From Cetorhinus maximus (lineage: Eukaryota): a DNA stretch of 64,000 nucleotides. The notes beneath the pieces were generated by a model. That model did not search any database. It was not told the DNA's origin and was given only the letters and a program-made list of their open reading frames with translations. This document shows, one piece after another, positions 1-14,499 of the stretch. Within the stretch, counting starts at the first letter, position 1; every line of letters begins with the position of its first letter. The stretch lies in NCBI RefSeq assembly GCF_964194155.1, contig NC_135907.1, forward strand, positions 3,038,001 through 3,102,000. Direction: 5' to 3'. Made by a program: the position numbers and the translations under genes.

Positions 1-116
1 ACAGCAACTCAGACTCCCTGAGTGAACTGTGATTCCACCCTACCCGGCCACTATGTAAACTCTGTTTTTTAAAAATATTTTTCAGTTATAAGGACTAGGA
101 TCTATAGTGGAAGATA

Positions 117-660
117 TTTAGCAAAAATTTGCATTTATATAGCATCATTCATGACCTAAGGACATTCTACAGTGTGATACAGCCAATTGGGTACCATCAC
201 AAAGCAGGAAACACACCAGCCAATTTGCTCTTAAACCAAAACAAAAACAGAATTACCTGGAAAAACTCTGTTCTGTTGAAGGACTCGAAAGGTCAACTCT
301 TTCCTTCTCCGCCGATGCTGCCAGACCTGCTGAGTTTTTCCAGGTAATTCTGTTTTTGTTTTGGATTTCCAGCATCCGCAGTAGTTTTTTGTTTTTGCAC
401 TTAAACCAGCCCCACAAACAGCAAGGTGATAAATTAGATTGTTTTACTGATGTTGGTGGTGGGATATAAAATGGCCAGGCAAGGACATGGAAAAGAACAA
501 ATTCTGCTCTTTTAAATAGTGCCATGGGCTCTTTTACATCCAGCTCAGAGTGTGTATCACTCCCTCAGTACTACACTAAAGAATCAGCCTGGAGCGGGAA
601 TTGAACCTGCAATTTTCTTGCCTTAGAGTTGAGAGTGTTACCCAATGGGCCATAACTGCT
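117..660 (-). mobile_element. tRNA-headed Deu-domain-type SINE, interrupted by a Penelope-like insert at 238-393
   Basis: Shares body with copies at ~30520-30958 and ~34740-35100 (gccatgggatcttt..catcca, ccctcagtact.cact). Confidence 0.6.
238..393 (+). mobile_element. Short Penelope-like fold-back insertion with a degenerate hammerhead motif
   Basis: Perfect 33-bp inverted arms 236-268/332-364; flanking direct repeat tttgc[t/a]cttaaacc at 224-237 and 394-407. Confidence 0.7.
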
Positions 661-739
661 ATACCAAGAATTGGACGGCGACAATAGAGGGTGAAAACTG
701 GTCGTGAGAAAAGAATGGTTGTTAATAATCAGAATCTCA

Positions 740-1560
740 TAGCACAGGAAGAAGCACTTGGCCCATTACACCTATACCAGTGCTTTGAAATAGCAGTCCA
801 ATTTAGTCCCAAACTTCAGGATTTCCCCATAACTCCACAAATTAGTCAAGTACTTGTGTTGAATGCCTTTTACAAGTTCCTGATTAACTCAGTGTGGTTA
901 AATGTGAAGAAATGTATCCTCCAATTCTTTTGGCAATTATTTTAAATCTATGACCTTATGCCTATGATGCACTTACCAGGTAGAAAGTTTCTTCCTGCTT
1001 ACTCTAAGAAAACCCCTCGGAATTTTAAATACCTTTATTAGGTTTCCACTTAACCTTCTCTGCTGCAAGGAGAAAAACCCCAGCTTCTCAATCTCTTCAC
1101 ATAACTGAACTCCCTCATCCCTGGCATGATCCTGGGGGACCTCCTCTGTAGCTTCTCCAGCGCCGTGACCTTCTCCCTAGTGTGTTGTCCAGAATTGAAC
1201 ACAATAATGAGACCTAACCAGGGGTTTTGCAATGGTTTAACAGGGTGTTTTTGTATTCAACACCTCCACTTAAAATCATCAAATACACTTAACGTTCTTT
1301 CTCAAATTGCCGTCACTTTCAAACACTTGTGAATATGCACCCTCCACCCCCACAACCCATAATACTTCCATTTAGATTAAACAGCCTCTCCTTGTCGTTT
1401 CTGCCAAAGTGCATTACCTCAGAGCTATCCACATTAAACTGTATCTGCCATGTGTCTGCCTATTTTTGCCAGTCTGTTCCCCTCATTTCTGCTACTATCC
1501 TCCCCACTATTTACTGCATTGCCAGGTTTTGTAGTGCCTGCAAGTTTCAGTGACCTTTTG
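740..1560 (-). mobile_element. Decayed CR1 LINE 3' fragment
   Basis: Minus-strand remnants such as EKLQRRSPRIMPGMREFSYVKRL match the CR1 RT C-terminal region of better copies in the window. Confidence 0.7.
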
Positions 1561-3559
1561 TTTTGCTTTGAATGCAGTCATGAAATACAGGAGAGGAGAG
1601 CCATTTGGCAACATTATTTGATAAATCTTACAGAAGTCTTACAGCTACACAGTTCCAGTCAACTACAATCCCATTATAATGTCTTTTTGTCATTTTTCAA
1701 AAGAAAATTGCCTCAATAAATGTTTCACACCAGTGATACCCTCCCACCGGTGGAGGTGCTGCACTGCTACTGCCATTGGCTGGCGTTTGCACAGGTGATT
1801 CCAATTACATTTTACGTTTGCATGGAGGAAATTACTGTAATTTAAATAGAAGTCTGTACAGCTTTAAAAATACACATTAAACTCCACGCACCCACATCCA
1901 ATCAACTCTACTTCACTTGGTATTGGCTTCCTCTGTGCAAGAGCAGGAGCCCAATGAGCGTGCACTAATCCATGGAGTCTATTGAACTTTCTCTGCCATC
2001 TCCCCAGACCATGTGGGTTTTTCCATCTTCCCCAGATTTTCCATGCTTCCCTCCCACTGCGCCTATTTAAGAACATGGAGAGACAGTATAAAATGAAGGG
2101 TACAATTCTAAAAGGGGGTGCATGAGCCAGAGGGACCAGGACATGTCTTCCTCTCCACAGATGTTGTCAGACCTGCTGAGTTTTTCCAGCAATTTTTGTT
2201 TTTGCATTCAAAATCACGATGGGTCTGGGCAGAGTAGATAGGGAGAAAATGTTCCCGCTTGTGAAAGGATCGAGAACCAGAGGGCAGATTTAAAGTAATT
2301 AGTGAAAGAAGCAGAAGTGATACGAGGAAAAACCTTTTCACGCAATGGGCAGTTAGGGTCTGGAATGCGCTGCCTGAGATTGTGGTGGAGGCAGGATCAA
2401 TTGAATTCAAAAGGGAATTAGACCGTTATCTGAAAAGGAAGAATTTGCAGGGTTAGGGGGGAAGAACACGGGGCAATGGAACTAGGTGAGTTTCTCATTC
2501 GGAGAGCTGGTGCAGACAGGCTGGGCCAGATGGCCTCCTGCTGTGTTGTAACAATTCTGTGATGTACATCTCCTCCGGACCCATCTTTTGTCCTGCACCA
2601 TTATCGTTTTCCAGGTAGTCACTCCTGCCCTCCAGCATGATCACCAACGTGCTTTGTTCTTTCCTTCGCCCAGGCACTGTGTCTCCTCTCTCTAAACACA
2701 GATGCTGCCTAACCTGCGGAGAGTGTTATCCAGGAGTGCGTTTTTATTTCACATTTCCAGCATCCGAAGCATTTTGTGTTTAAGCCAGTGTCCATCATTT
2801 GGTTTAAAACATATCACATGGAACAAACCTGGATTGTTTGACACTCAGCTGTTACCACAACCCAAAACTGATGGCTGAAATCAATTTCCAACAGACAATT
2901 GGGTTTTAATTGACCCATCAGTCCCAACAGACACTTTTACTTCACCTGGATCGCAATACACAGGGAATTCGACATCTGAAACACTTTATTTCTCCAGTTG
3001 ACTAGTTATCTCTGAATGCCTATTTTTACCTGTGCCACATTAAGCACCTCTTCCCCATTGTTCTACCATCCTAGTGTCTGGCCTCCCACACACCACAAAT
3101 TCAGAATTCAGCTGCCCATATCCAGTTCTGCTGACCCAGGAACTGATAAGCAGCTCTCACCCACCCTCGTCTTCCCCACTACACTCATCACCACCCCACC
3201 CCATGACTCGGGTCTTTTGCAAGCTCCTGCCTTTACCTCATCGCCTCCGAGAGCCTTCAGCCACCAGGACCCTAATCCGAGGAAAATCCTCTCTAAACCC
3301 AAGATGAGGTTTCATAGAGAAGTGTTCAAAATCATGAAGCGGTTTGAATGAGAATAAGGAAGGAAAGATGGTTCTCAGTGGTGGAAGGGTAGGTAAATTC
3401 GAGGACACAGATTTACAGTGATTTGCTGAACAACCAGAGGTAACGTGAGGAAACTTTTGCTATATATATGTTAACTCAGTGTTGCTGTGATCTGCCATGC
3501 ACGGACTGAAGGGATGGGTGCAAGCAAATTCAATAGAAACATTCAAATGAGAATTATTT

Positions 3560-3900
3560 TTTATTCTTTGATGGGATGTGGGCAAGGCCAGCATTTGTTG
3601 CCCATCCCTAATTGCCAAGTGCATTTCAGAGGGCAGTTAGGAGTCAACCAGTTGCTGTGGGTCTGGAGTCACATGTAGATCAGACCAGGTAAGGATGGCA
3701 GATTTCCTTCCCTAAAGAGCATTAAGTGAACCAGATGTGTTTTTACGACAACTGATGATAGTTTAATGGCACCATTTTTGAGACGAGCTTTCAGTTCCAG
3801 AAATTATTAAAATTAAATTCCCCCAGCTGCCGTGGTGGGATTTAAACTCGTGCCCCCAGCGCATTAGCCTGGGCCTCTGGATTACTACGCCAACATCTCT
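3560..3900 (-). mobile_element. tRNA-derived SINE (second family; other copies ~30147-30470, ~56555-56745)
   Basis: Recurring body ggtctggagtcacat..ggtaagga.ggcagatttccttccctaaag..cattagtgaaccagatg; A/B-box-like head on the minus strand. Confidence 0.7.
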
Positions 3901-4799
3901 CCCTATTAAGCATAAGTCCTTGAAGGGAAAAGAATTGCAGAACTTTGGGAAAAGAGCAGGCAGTGGGATTAACTGGATTGCTCTTTCGAAGAGCCAGCAC
4001 ATAAAAGGTCATTCAGCCCATCATGTATGCTGTATCATTCCCTGATTCTAACTTCCCAGCTTCTCCGCTTTAACATTCTTCACATTTTTCTCTCCAGCCT
4101 TTCAATCATTCCCATCTTCATGTCTCCTAATCATTCCTTTCTTGCCTTGTTGTCTATCTCCACATGCAAGTTCCATGAAAGGAGTTTAAGAGCAATAGAA
4201 CTAGGAGCAGAAGTAGGCCATCTGGCCCATTGAATCTGCTCCATCATTCAAGAATATCATGGCTGGTCTGTTTTTACATTAAAGGCACTAGATAAATACA
4301 AAGCAGTTGTGGAATGTCTCCAGCAACCTGCAGCCATATGCCCATTACCAGGCATTACCACACAACTCCAAATTCATTCAAGAAACCAGATTTCATGTAC
4401 TGTTACCCTCCAATGGTTGCTCACTATGTGGGAGCACAGTGACAGTTGGCAGGTTACCAAGTCACAGAGGTCAATGCTCATGAATGAATGAAATCCTGTC
4501 TGCATCTGGTGTCTGAACAAAAACATGCCCGCACACCCAGCAGAAATCACTGAATGGGCTACATCAAGGCCAATCATAGATCCTTGACGGAGACTAACCA
4601 CAGATTCGCTATTGCCCCCAAGCCAGCTGAGCTCAGTGGGTGAAGCTATCTGAGTGATTCAGTCAAACACACCGGACATTTACCCACAGCCCTGGGAAGG
4701 GCAGAGTGCTGTTTGCACCTCAGCCACAGGTTAATCAGCTTCCTGTTCAGAGGAAGAAAATAATTGTATTTCTTTAAAATAGCCTGCTAAACTTAATTT

Positions 4800-4805
4800 T
4801 TTATT
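4800..4805 (-). terminator. Candidate RBX1 polyadenylation signal AATAAA
   Basis: tttatt on + strand, ~390 nt after the stop codon, followed on the minus strand by U-rich sequence. Confidence 0.55.
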
Positions 4806-5192
4806 AAATAAAATACATACTGGTAAAGAGTCAAAGAAAATCCTGAATTTTTCCTCTCTAGAGCTTGGGAAAAGGGATGGGAAAGCAAAAAAAAGGTTGC
4901 ACGCAAAGTACACTTTGACTCTTCACTATGATACAGTGAGTGTGAACAGGCTTCAGATGCTTTAACATAAGTTGAAATGTCTGCAACTGGAGAAAGTAAA
5001 AGGATATTTCTTTTATAAAAAGGGCTAGAGTTTTATGGTCAAGTCCTTGCTATTTGAATAAACACTCTTCAATTAAAGATCCTGTGAAGGGGGAGAGAGG
5101 AAGCAGGGGGGAGTGGAATGCTGATGACACAGGACAGTGCACCAGGAAGGTTGCTAACAGCAGCTGCTGCAGAATGGTGCTGCTGATTCCAT

Positions 5193-5205
5193 TTAATGGC
5201 CATAC
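5193..5205 (-). CDS. RBX1: RBX1 last coding exon (K-YGH-stop)
   Basis: Pyrimidine tract tctttgtttcctcag| then G TAT GGC CAT TAA, completing the conserved C-terminal KYGH. Confidence 0.93.
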
Positions 5206-5653
5206 CTGAGGAAACAAAGAAAATTATTTTTCAGTCACATTCGAACAGTCTCTCCAAATAATACCTTTTAGCAATTCTTCATAAGCACCATTAAAATAGC
5301 ACTTTGTGCATCATGCAAAATAAACAACCTCCATCCTTCAATCTGGGCTGGTTACAGCCATATTAGTGATGGGGATACCAATGATGGGCTAGTAAAGGGA
5401 ACCATGAAAAATGTGATATTCCCCGTGATCACTATCCAATGATCACCCCCGCTGCACCATCAGAAAGCATTTAGCTAAGGACGTGTAAATCCTGACTAAA
5501 ATGAAATGTATGCACAATACATTTAACATGTAGGATCACCACAGTTGTGTGTCCAATGGCCCTCTTTCCCCATATACCAGCTCATATGCTCATTTTGTTC
5601 ATTTAAATTCCTTAACCAACACCAACCCCCTAAAAAAAAAACACCCCCACTTA

Positions 5654-5746
<93 letters not shown>

Positions 5747-6109
5747 TCAGACACAGGAAAGAGGGGCAGGGGTTAAACAAGTACAACAAATGACCAGCCG
5801 GTGAGCACAATGCACACACTGTAACTTTCTTCACAAGCAAGGGTGGTTGTAGAGTCCCCCGCCTGCCCCGGTTTCCAGGTGCTGCCAATTGATTGGAATG
5901 GAGGGGCTGGGGCCAGTAACACGGGGTATATCACAGTCAGACACGTTACAATCACGTAAAAAAGGACAGCAGTACGGACAATATCAACAAAAGCAAAACA
6001 CTGTGGATGCTGGAAATCTGAAATAAAAACAAAAAAGGTGCATATGCTGACAGGCCTGAGTATTTTCTGCTTTTATAATTTTTTTATTAGTTATAAAATT
6101 TACAAATTT

Positions 6110-7345
6110 CCTAGAGTTCTTTGAGGATATAAAAGCAGAGTTGATAAAGGGGAACCAGTAGATGTAGTGTATTTGGATTTCCAGAAGGCATTCGGTAAGG
6201 TGCCACATAAAAGGTTTTCGCTCAAGATAGGAGCTCATGGTATTGGGGGTAATGTATTAGCATGGATTGAGGATTGTTTAACACACAGAAGACAGAGTCG
6301 GGATTAATGGGTCTTTTTCAGGTTGAAAAGACGTGACTAGTGGGGTGCCACAAGGATCAGTCCTAGGGCCTCAATTATTTCCTATCTATATTAATGACAG
6401 AGGAGGGGGCAGAGTGTAACGTATCCAAATTTGCCGACGATACAAAAATAGGTGGGAGGGCACGTTGTGATGAGGACATAAGAAATCTGCAAAGGGATAT
6501 AGACAGGTTGAGTGAGTGGGCAAAAACTTGGTAGATGGAGTTTAATGTAAGAAATGGTAGGAAAAATCAAAATGCAGACTATTATTTAAATGGAGAGAGA
6601 CTCCAAAAAAGTGCAACACAGAGGGATCTGGATGTTATTGTGCATGAAACACAAAAAGTTAGCATGCAGGTGCAGCGAGTAATTAAGTTGGCAAATGGAA
6701 TTTTGGCCTGTATTGCTAGGGGTTTGGAGTTTAAAAATAGGGAAGTCTTGTTACAACTGTACAGGGTGTTGGTGAGGCTGCACCTGGAGTACTATATACA
6801 GTTTTGGTCCCAGTACTTAAGAGACGATATACAGGCATTGGAGGCAGTTCAAAAGAGATTCACTAGGCTGATTCCTGGGATGAAGGGGTTGACTTATCAA
6901 GAACAGCTAAACACATTAGGCCTTCATTCATTCATTAGAGTTTAGAAGAATAAGGGGTGATCTTATTGAAACGTACAAGATTGAGGGGGCTTGACAGGGT
7001 AGATGTTGAGAAGATGTTTCCACTAGTGGGGGAATCTCAAACTAGGGGACATAGTTACAGAATAAGGGGGCACTCATTTAAAACTGAGATGTGAAAGAAT
7101 TTCTTCTCTTAGAGGGTAGTGAAAGTCTGGAATTCTCTACCCCAGAGAGCTATGGAGGCTAAATCACAGAGTATTTAAAGAGGAGATAGATAGATTTTTG
7201 AAATATCAGGGAGTTGAGGGTTCTGAGCCGCTGGCACGAAAGAGGAGTTGAGGCCTGGGTCAGATTGGCCATGATCTTATTGAATAGCGGGGCAGGCTTG
7301 AAGGGCTGAATGGCCTACCCCTGCTTCTATTTCTTATGTTCTTTA
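6110..7345 (+). mobile_element. CR1 LINE 3' fragment (RT region with stops and frameshifts)
   Basis: [10 protein letters not shown] and SKFADDTK-coding segments; ORF 6535..6945 (QRDLDV...LYRVLVRLHLEY); 3' tail ttcttatgttctt. Confidence 0.9.
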
Positions 7346-8060
7346 TTACCTTTATGTCATTCTACATGGACCAGATCCAGCTTAATAGCATGAAAGACAC
7401 ACATCCACAGTGTAGAGTAAAGCAGCTTCCACAACAGTTCAAGCAGTCAAAATTCATGTGTGTCCCGGTTTCATTCAACTTTGTAGTCAGAAAACTATCA
7501 CCTTGGATAAGGTAACAGACAACCATACAGGTCCATGGAGAAGGAAACTTCAAGAGAAAATACATTTTTGCAGGAGACAGAGAAGTTGAATAAATAGTTC
7601 AACAGGAGTTTGTTCCTTGCTCATTGACGAGGAGCGTCTCAGGGAGTAACAATTTCACCTCAGTCTTTAACCCATTGTATGACTGAGAAAACTGGCATTT
7701 CGATAGTTCCTTCAGAACTCAAGGACATCCCAAAGTGCTTCACAGCCAATTAAAATGCACTGTGGTCACTACTGTAAGACAGGGAAACGCGGCAGCCAAT
7801 TTGTGCACAGCAAGATCCCACGCACAGCACTGCCCAGATACTCGCTTTTTGGCAATGTTGCTTGTAGGAAAGAGTATTGGCTAGTGAATGGTGGTATGGG
7901 ACACTTTCCATCCACTTGGAAGGGCAGAAGGATCTTCAGTTTATCTGTTCATTCAACAAACAAAGCATCTCCAACAGAGCAGCATTCTCTCAGCACAGCA
8001 CCAACGTGCAGCCTAGATCCTTATATCCAAAAGTATTACAATCGCCTTCCTAAGGCCTTA

Positions 8061-8225
<165 letters not shown>

Positions 8226-8569
8226 TTAAATAAAGCTAGGACAAAAGCTTGTGCCGGCATTGCACAATGGAACCGCAATCTCTGACTACATAGAGCAAGT
8301 TCTGTCACCCACCCTGCAGAGTCTCTGCTCTCAGTCATGGATTCATGCAGATTTCAAGCACCATCTACAAAAGTGCAGTTGTCTCTTTACTAGGATTTCA
8401 GTGAGCTGTGAAACTCCTACACCATATTTGTTATAAAGATCCAGCATTATATATTATTCAATATCTAAATTTGGCTGGGATCTTCCCAAACGTAAAACAG
8501 ACCTTGGTGAAATATCATTGGGTACAGGTCTATCTCACAATGTAACACCAGGGTGAATTATTGGTGGCC

Positions 8570-9330
8570 ATACTGTTGGTGATATTAAAGAGCAATTTGA
8601 GGTGAAGAGTTGGAAAAGCCAACATTTGGTGCCAATCCTTAATTGCTTATGGGGTGGTGATGAGCCACCTTTTTGAACCACTGTAGTTCGTGTGGTGAAG
8701 ATCCTACCACAGTACTGTTAGGAAGAGTGTTCCAGGATTTTGATCCAGTGCTAATGAAGGAATGTCCAGACCTTGCTCAATGTGGGCACGGACTGCTTCG
8801 CACTGTGCAATCATCAGCAAGCATCTCCACTTCTGAGCTTATAGCAGAGGGAAGGCCATTGGGAAAGCAGCTGAAGATGGGTGGGTCTAGGACGCTGCCC
8901 TGAGGAACTCCTGCATGATGTCCTGGGGCTGACATGATTGACCTCCCAACACCCACAAGCATCTTCTTTTTTGCAGCCAAAGGAGAGTTGCCCCCTGATC
9001 CCCACTGGCTTAAATATTATCCTGGTTTATTGGAGCCACACCCAATCAAATGTGCCTTGATGCAAGGGCAGTCACTCTTAACTCACCTCTGGAGCTCAGC
9101 TATTTTGGACCAAGGCTGTGATGAAGTCTGGAGCCAAGTGGTCCTGACTAAACCCAAACAGAACATTGGCGAGCAAATTATTGGTCAGCAAGGTCAGTTC
9201 ACTAACACCGTCAGTGACACATTCCAACACTTTGCTGATGAGAGAGTAGATTGATTGGCTGGGTTAATTTTCCCCTAGTTTTTGTGGAAAGGACATGAGG
9301 GAGAATTTTCCACTTTGTCAGCTAGATGAC
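8570..9330 (-). mobile_element. Decayed non-LTR retrotransposon RT fragment, distinct from the main CR1 family
   Basis: ORF 8777..8980 gives [16 protein letters not shown]...EMLADDCTV (RT motifs 4-5). Confidence 0.75.
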
Positions 9331-10576
9331 AGGGTTTTAAAATGATATGTTTCATGTTCACCATTACTGACACTACCTTTTTATTCCAGATTCAATTAAA
9401 TGGATTCCAATTCACAAACCACCAGGGTGAGATTTGAACCTACATCTCCAGGTTATCGGTTGAGTAAAATAGTCCACTGCTACCATAACCATTTACGACC
9501 CACCTAAACTCTGTGGAGCAAAGGTCAGGACATGCACTCAGCTCATCATTTTCCACACTTGACGAGAAATCCTTCACTAGGTTGCTGTAGTGCAGTGGTT
9601 AGGTTATTGAACCAGTAATCCAAAAGGCCTGGATTCATAATCCAGCAATCCACATGGACTGCAGCGGTTCAAGAAGGCAGAGCACCATCACCTTCTCAAG
9701 GGCAGTTAGGGATGACCAATAAATGCTGCTAGTCAGCAAAGCCCACATCCCATGAATGAATAAAAAAAAACATGAGTTCAAACCACAGCATGGCAGTCTG
9801 AAAGGTTAGATTCAACAACTTATACTTATATAGCACCTTCAACATAATAAAATGTCCCCAAGGTGCTACAAAGGACCATTATAGAATAAAATAGGACAAG
9901 GAGCCACGTAAGGAGACAGTTTCAGTAAAAGTGCCCAAGAGTTGTCAGATTGCTGTTAAAACCAGGACTTGTGTTCTTCAGGGAAGAAAACCAGTCTTCT
10001 GGTCTATTCTATACCTCGGTGATTGACTTAAACACCATCTGAAATAATCAACATCAACTCAGTTGTATCAAACAGGAGACCCAGCACCACCTGCTCAGGG
10101 CAGCTAGGGACAGGCAATAAAACCACGCAGCACCCACAGAAAGGGGACAAAACCTACTTAACTTTACTTCTTGGAGTACCAAGGTGTTTAAAATGTTAAA
10201 AGAATTTGATGGGACAGATACAGAGATGGGGAAATCCACAACGAGGGGGCATAATCTTATATTTAGAGTGGGGTCACTTTTGAGTGAAATCAGGAAGCGC
10301 TTGTTTGTCTACACAGAGGGTAGAAGAAATCTGGGATCTCTCTCCCCTAAAAGATTTAGAATATGGGACAACTGGAACTCAAGATTGAGATCAACAGATA
10401 TTCGGAAATTAGTTTGAGTTCATTAGTTGATCTACAGCCTCATGATTCGCCTCCACTCCCCAATAAATAATTGGGGTAACTGGAAGCCCCTGCACAGAGC
10501 AACTTGTGAAATAGCAGGCAAAAACACGAAGCCAAGTCAGCATGGCACCACAACATATACTTGCAATTCTTTCTTA

Positions 10577-10801
<225 letters not shown>

Positions 10802-10897
10802 TCAAGATAATTAACAGATGAAGATGCTGATTTGGCCTCTTAGCTCTTCCATCCCAAAAATCCCCTTACTGCTCCAAACAGTTCACAATGGGGTTTC

Positions 10898-11038
10898 ACC
10901 TCCTCCACTGCAGAGGTGAAAGATGAGTTCTATGAGGAACTCGACACTACTATCAGCAGAATCCCTAAATCAGAACTGAAGGAGTTCAATGCAAGAGTGG
11001 GCGTGGACCACAAGGCACGGCCCTCCTGCCTTGGACAT
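10898..11038 (+). mobile_element. RTE-clade-like LINE endonuclease (APE) fragment
   Basis: Reads TSSTAEVKDEFYEELDTTISRIPKSELKEFNARVGVDHKARPSCLGH, resembling the KDxFYExL...GDFNARVG APE motifs. Confidence 0.65.
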
Positions 11039-13272
11039 TCCATCCTGAGGTAACAAACAGGGACCCCATTCTGTTGTCAGCCGCTTTCTTATCCATACCC
11101 AGCATTCAGCCTGAACCTTCACACATTTTTGCTTAAACCAATAGTCTCACACAAATCATTTCTGTGCAATCTTGTGCTCGATATCTGCAAAAGATTTTCC
11201 AATCTGGTAACTGAATAGCCATATGAACATTTCCCTCATTATTTAAAATCTCAGGGGATGTCTGGAGAAAACTTGAGGGAGGGATGGTGGCAGATGGAAA
11301 ATCAGATATAACAAGTAATTTGTACAGCAATAAGGCTCTTTTGCTCTTTAATCATCTTTCCCAGACAGGAATCATGCTTCCCTAATTCTGACTTCAGGCC
11401 CTGCTTTATGGCATGTTGTGGAGCTGAAGATTCAATGAAAGTATGATGTGACATTGAAGCCATCCTTCCACTGTTGTATTTGATCAAATTTCTAAATAAC
11501 ACCTATACCTTAAAACTTTCATAGAACTCAAAACTCTAACTCGAAGGAACTCTGGCCCTCAGTTCAACTTTCAAGCAGTTCCTAAAAGAGAAAGGAGATT
11601 TTTCCAGGACCTCCATATTGTGTGCAGCCACTGAACAGCACCGGGCCAATCAGAAAGAAGGTGTCACAGCCAAGTCTGGAAACAACACAAAAAATGGAAA
11701 CACTCCGTGGAAAAACAATTCTGATGTTTCAGGCCTCAAAACTGAATGTGATCTCAGCTTCATCCAATACCCACATGTGGACACTTACCAAGAGGGTTAC
11801 TGAATACAGGTCAGGTGGGAGAACCCAGGCGAATTTCCTTTCCTTCATCTAGGTGCAACGAGTCTAATTGTTCCATACCTATTGTTATTTTTTCCCCATT
11901 TGTTCCAGGGATGTGAACATCACTGGCAAGTTTGGCATTTGTTGCCCCTGGCTGAGATCAGTTACCTTAGCAGCTAATGGGAAATTGAATTTAACATATT
12001 CTGTTTCTGTTATTTCCATTCCTAAAAACCCCAGGTCACTGCATTCCTCCAATGCTGGCCCTTGCACATCCCTAATTTCATTATTCCAGCATCAGCGGCC
12101 ATGCAGTTACTGCCTAGGTCCTAAACTCTGGAATTCTATTCCTAAAATACTCGACCTCACATGCACCCTTTTAAGTTGCTCCTTGGAACCTGCCTCTTGG
12201 ACCAAGCTTTTGGTCACCTGCCCTAATATCTCTATGTGACACACTGTCTCCAGCGAAGGACCTTGGGATGTTTAACTGAATTAAAGACATTTTACAAATG
12301 TAACTTTTTAATGTTGTCAGCCATACATCGAGCAAAGAGAAATCTTAATTGAATTGTGTAATGTTAATAAGGTTCATAACAGAATCACAGAATTTTAATG
12401 ACACAGGAGGCCATTCAGCCCATCATATCTGCATCAGCTCTCCGAATGAGCATTTTGACTCAGTGCCACTCTCCTGTCTTTTCCCCTTACCCTTGCACAT
12501 TGTTTCTATTCAAATAATAATCTATTGCCCTCTTGAATGCTTTGATTGAACCTGCCTCTGCCACACTTCCAGGCAGTGTATTCCAGACCCGAACCACTCA
12601 TTGTATGAAAATGTTTTTTCTCATAACAGGAAACATTAACTCCAAACAACTTGCATCTGGTTCCGAGGCACAAAAGCATGGTTCAGTGTCAATAGAAATA
12701 TGCTGCCATGCACCACTTGCTATACCTCAGTTAAACTCGAGGGCTCTTTTCTTAGGTTGAGGAATGAATGAAAAGAAGCCTTTTAAATTATTAAGGGGTT
12801 TGGTTGGGTGAATGTAGAGATGATGTTTCCATTTGTGCAGCAGGCCAGAACGAGGGGACATAAACATAAGATACTCGCTAACAAATCCAATAAGGAATTC
12901 AGGAGAATCAGAGAGCGGTTAGAATGTGGAACTTACTTCTCCATGAAGTACTTGAGGAAAATAGCATAGATTACTGAAGGAGAAGCTGGATAAGTACATG
13001 AGGGAGAAAAGAACAGAAGGATATGCTGATAGGATGAGATGAAGTAAATCAAATGGGAGGCGGCTATTGTGATGCATAAACATCAGTCTGGGCCTGTTGG
13101 GCGGAATGGCCTGGTGCTGATATGTTGGATAAAGTCCCTGATTGTGCTAACTGCACATCCTTTTAAAGGGGTTAAATGGGTATTTTTGCAGGCTGCACGC
13201 TCAACAAAATGTCTACTCTCAGGTTCCACCTAATCTGAGAAATTTGAAGAAAGTCTCATAAAGACTTCAGGA

Positions 13273-14385
13273 CAGCATTTCCCAAACTGTGGGTCGTGAC
13301 CCCAATTGGGGTGCAGAAAGTGAATGGAGTTGCAGGCTCCCCCCCTGCCTGCTCAAAGACTGCACCCCATTCTAATGCCAAGGTCCAGACAGCATCCAGC
13401 CTTGCCCTTACCCTGCTTGTCTCTCAGACTCTCTCTCTCCAGGCCATGGGTTCATGCTCATATACGAGTCTTTCTTCACCAAGAAAGATGGAGAGCTTAG
13501 TCAAAACCTGTGGCCGGTAAGTGTTGCATGTTATGTTTTATGCCAGTTCAGAAACACTATGCTTTCTTCATAAAGCCTGGTCCTGACCATAGAAAAGTTA
13601 CAGCGCAGAAAGAGGCCATTCAGCTGTGCTGGCCAAAGAGAGAAAAAAGAAACTAGCTGCTCATTTTAATCCCACTTTCCAGTCCCTGGTCCGCAGCCTT
13701 GCAGATTACGCATTTCAGGTGCAGATCCAGGTGCCTTTTAAACGAGCTGAGCATTTCAGCCTCAACCACCAACTTAGGCAGTGAATTCCATACGCCCACT
13801 ACACTCTGTCCCCTCTAATCCTTCTACCAATCACCTTAAATCTATGCCCCCTGGTAACTGACCCCTCAGCTAGGGGGAACAAGCCTTTCCTGTCTACCCT
13901 ATCCAGGCCCCTCATAACTTTGTACACCTCAATTAGGTCACCCCTCAGCCTCCTCTGTTATAAGGAAAACAACTCTGGCCTATCAAATCGCTCTTCATTG
14001 CCGCAAGTTTCAAGCCTGGCAACATTCTGGAGCCCAGCAGCGATGCCTCCAATGCTGAGCCTCAGCTCGGTTGAGCCAATCCAGTCATTCTGGCACGGCT
14101 GGGGTCCAACGTCAACCACCTCAAGACCTCAACCTGTACTTCTGCCGTTACCTGGCCAAGGACGATGAGCTGGAGCAGCTCAGATTAAGTGATGGACTGG
14201 TGAGTACATAAAATAACATTTTTTTTTTACAAGGTACTTAAAAAGAGATTTTCATATTTATGATCTATAATACACAATTATTAACTCAATGTTATTGTGC
14301 TACTTTGTTTATGTTGGCGTCTGGGGTCGTGTTAATTTTCAAGTGTTAAAATGGGGTCATATTGGAAAGTAGCTTTAGGAGCTGA
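13273..14385. mobile_element. Possible decayed hAT/Charlie-like non-autonomous element with a nested CR1 piece
   Basis: Left end cagcatttcccaaactgtgggtcgtgacccc and right-hand ggggtcgtg..ggggtca subterminal motifs; TSD not seen. Confidence 0.35.
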
Positions 14386-14499
14386 TGGTGGCAAATCCGC
14401 ACATGATCCTCTGGTTAGCTGAGTCATTATGAGAACCAGCGTAACCAGCGGCCTAAACACCAACAGACGGGGATATGTATTTTACACCAGGCCCATTCC

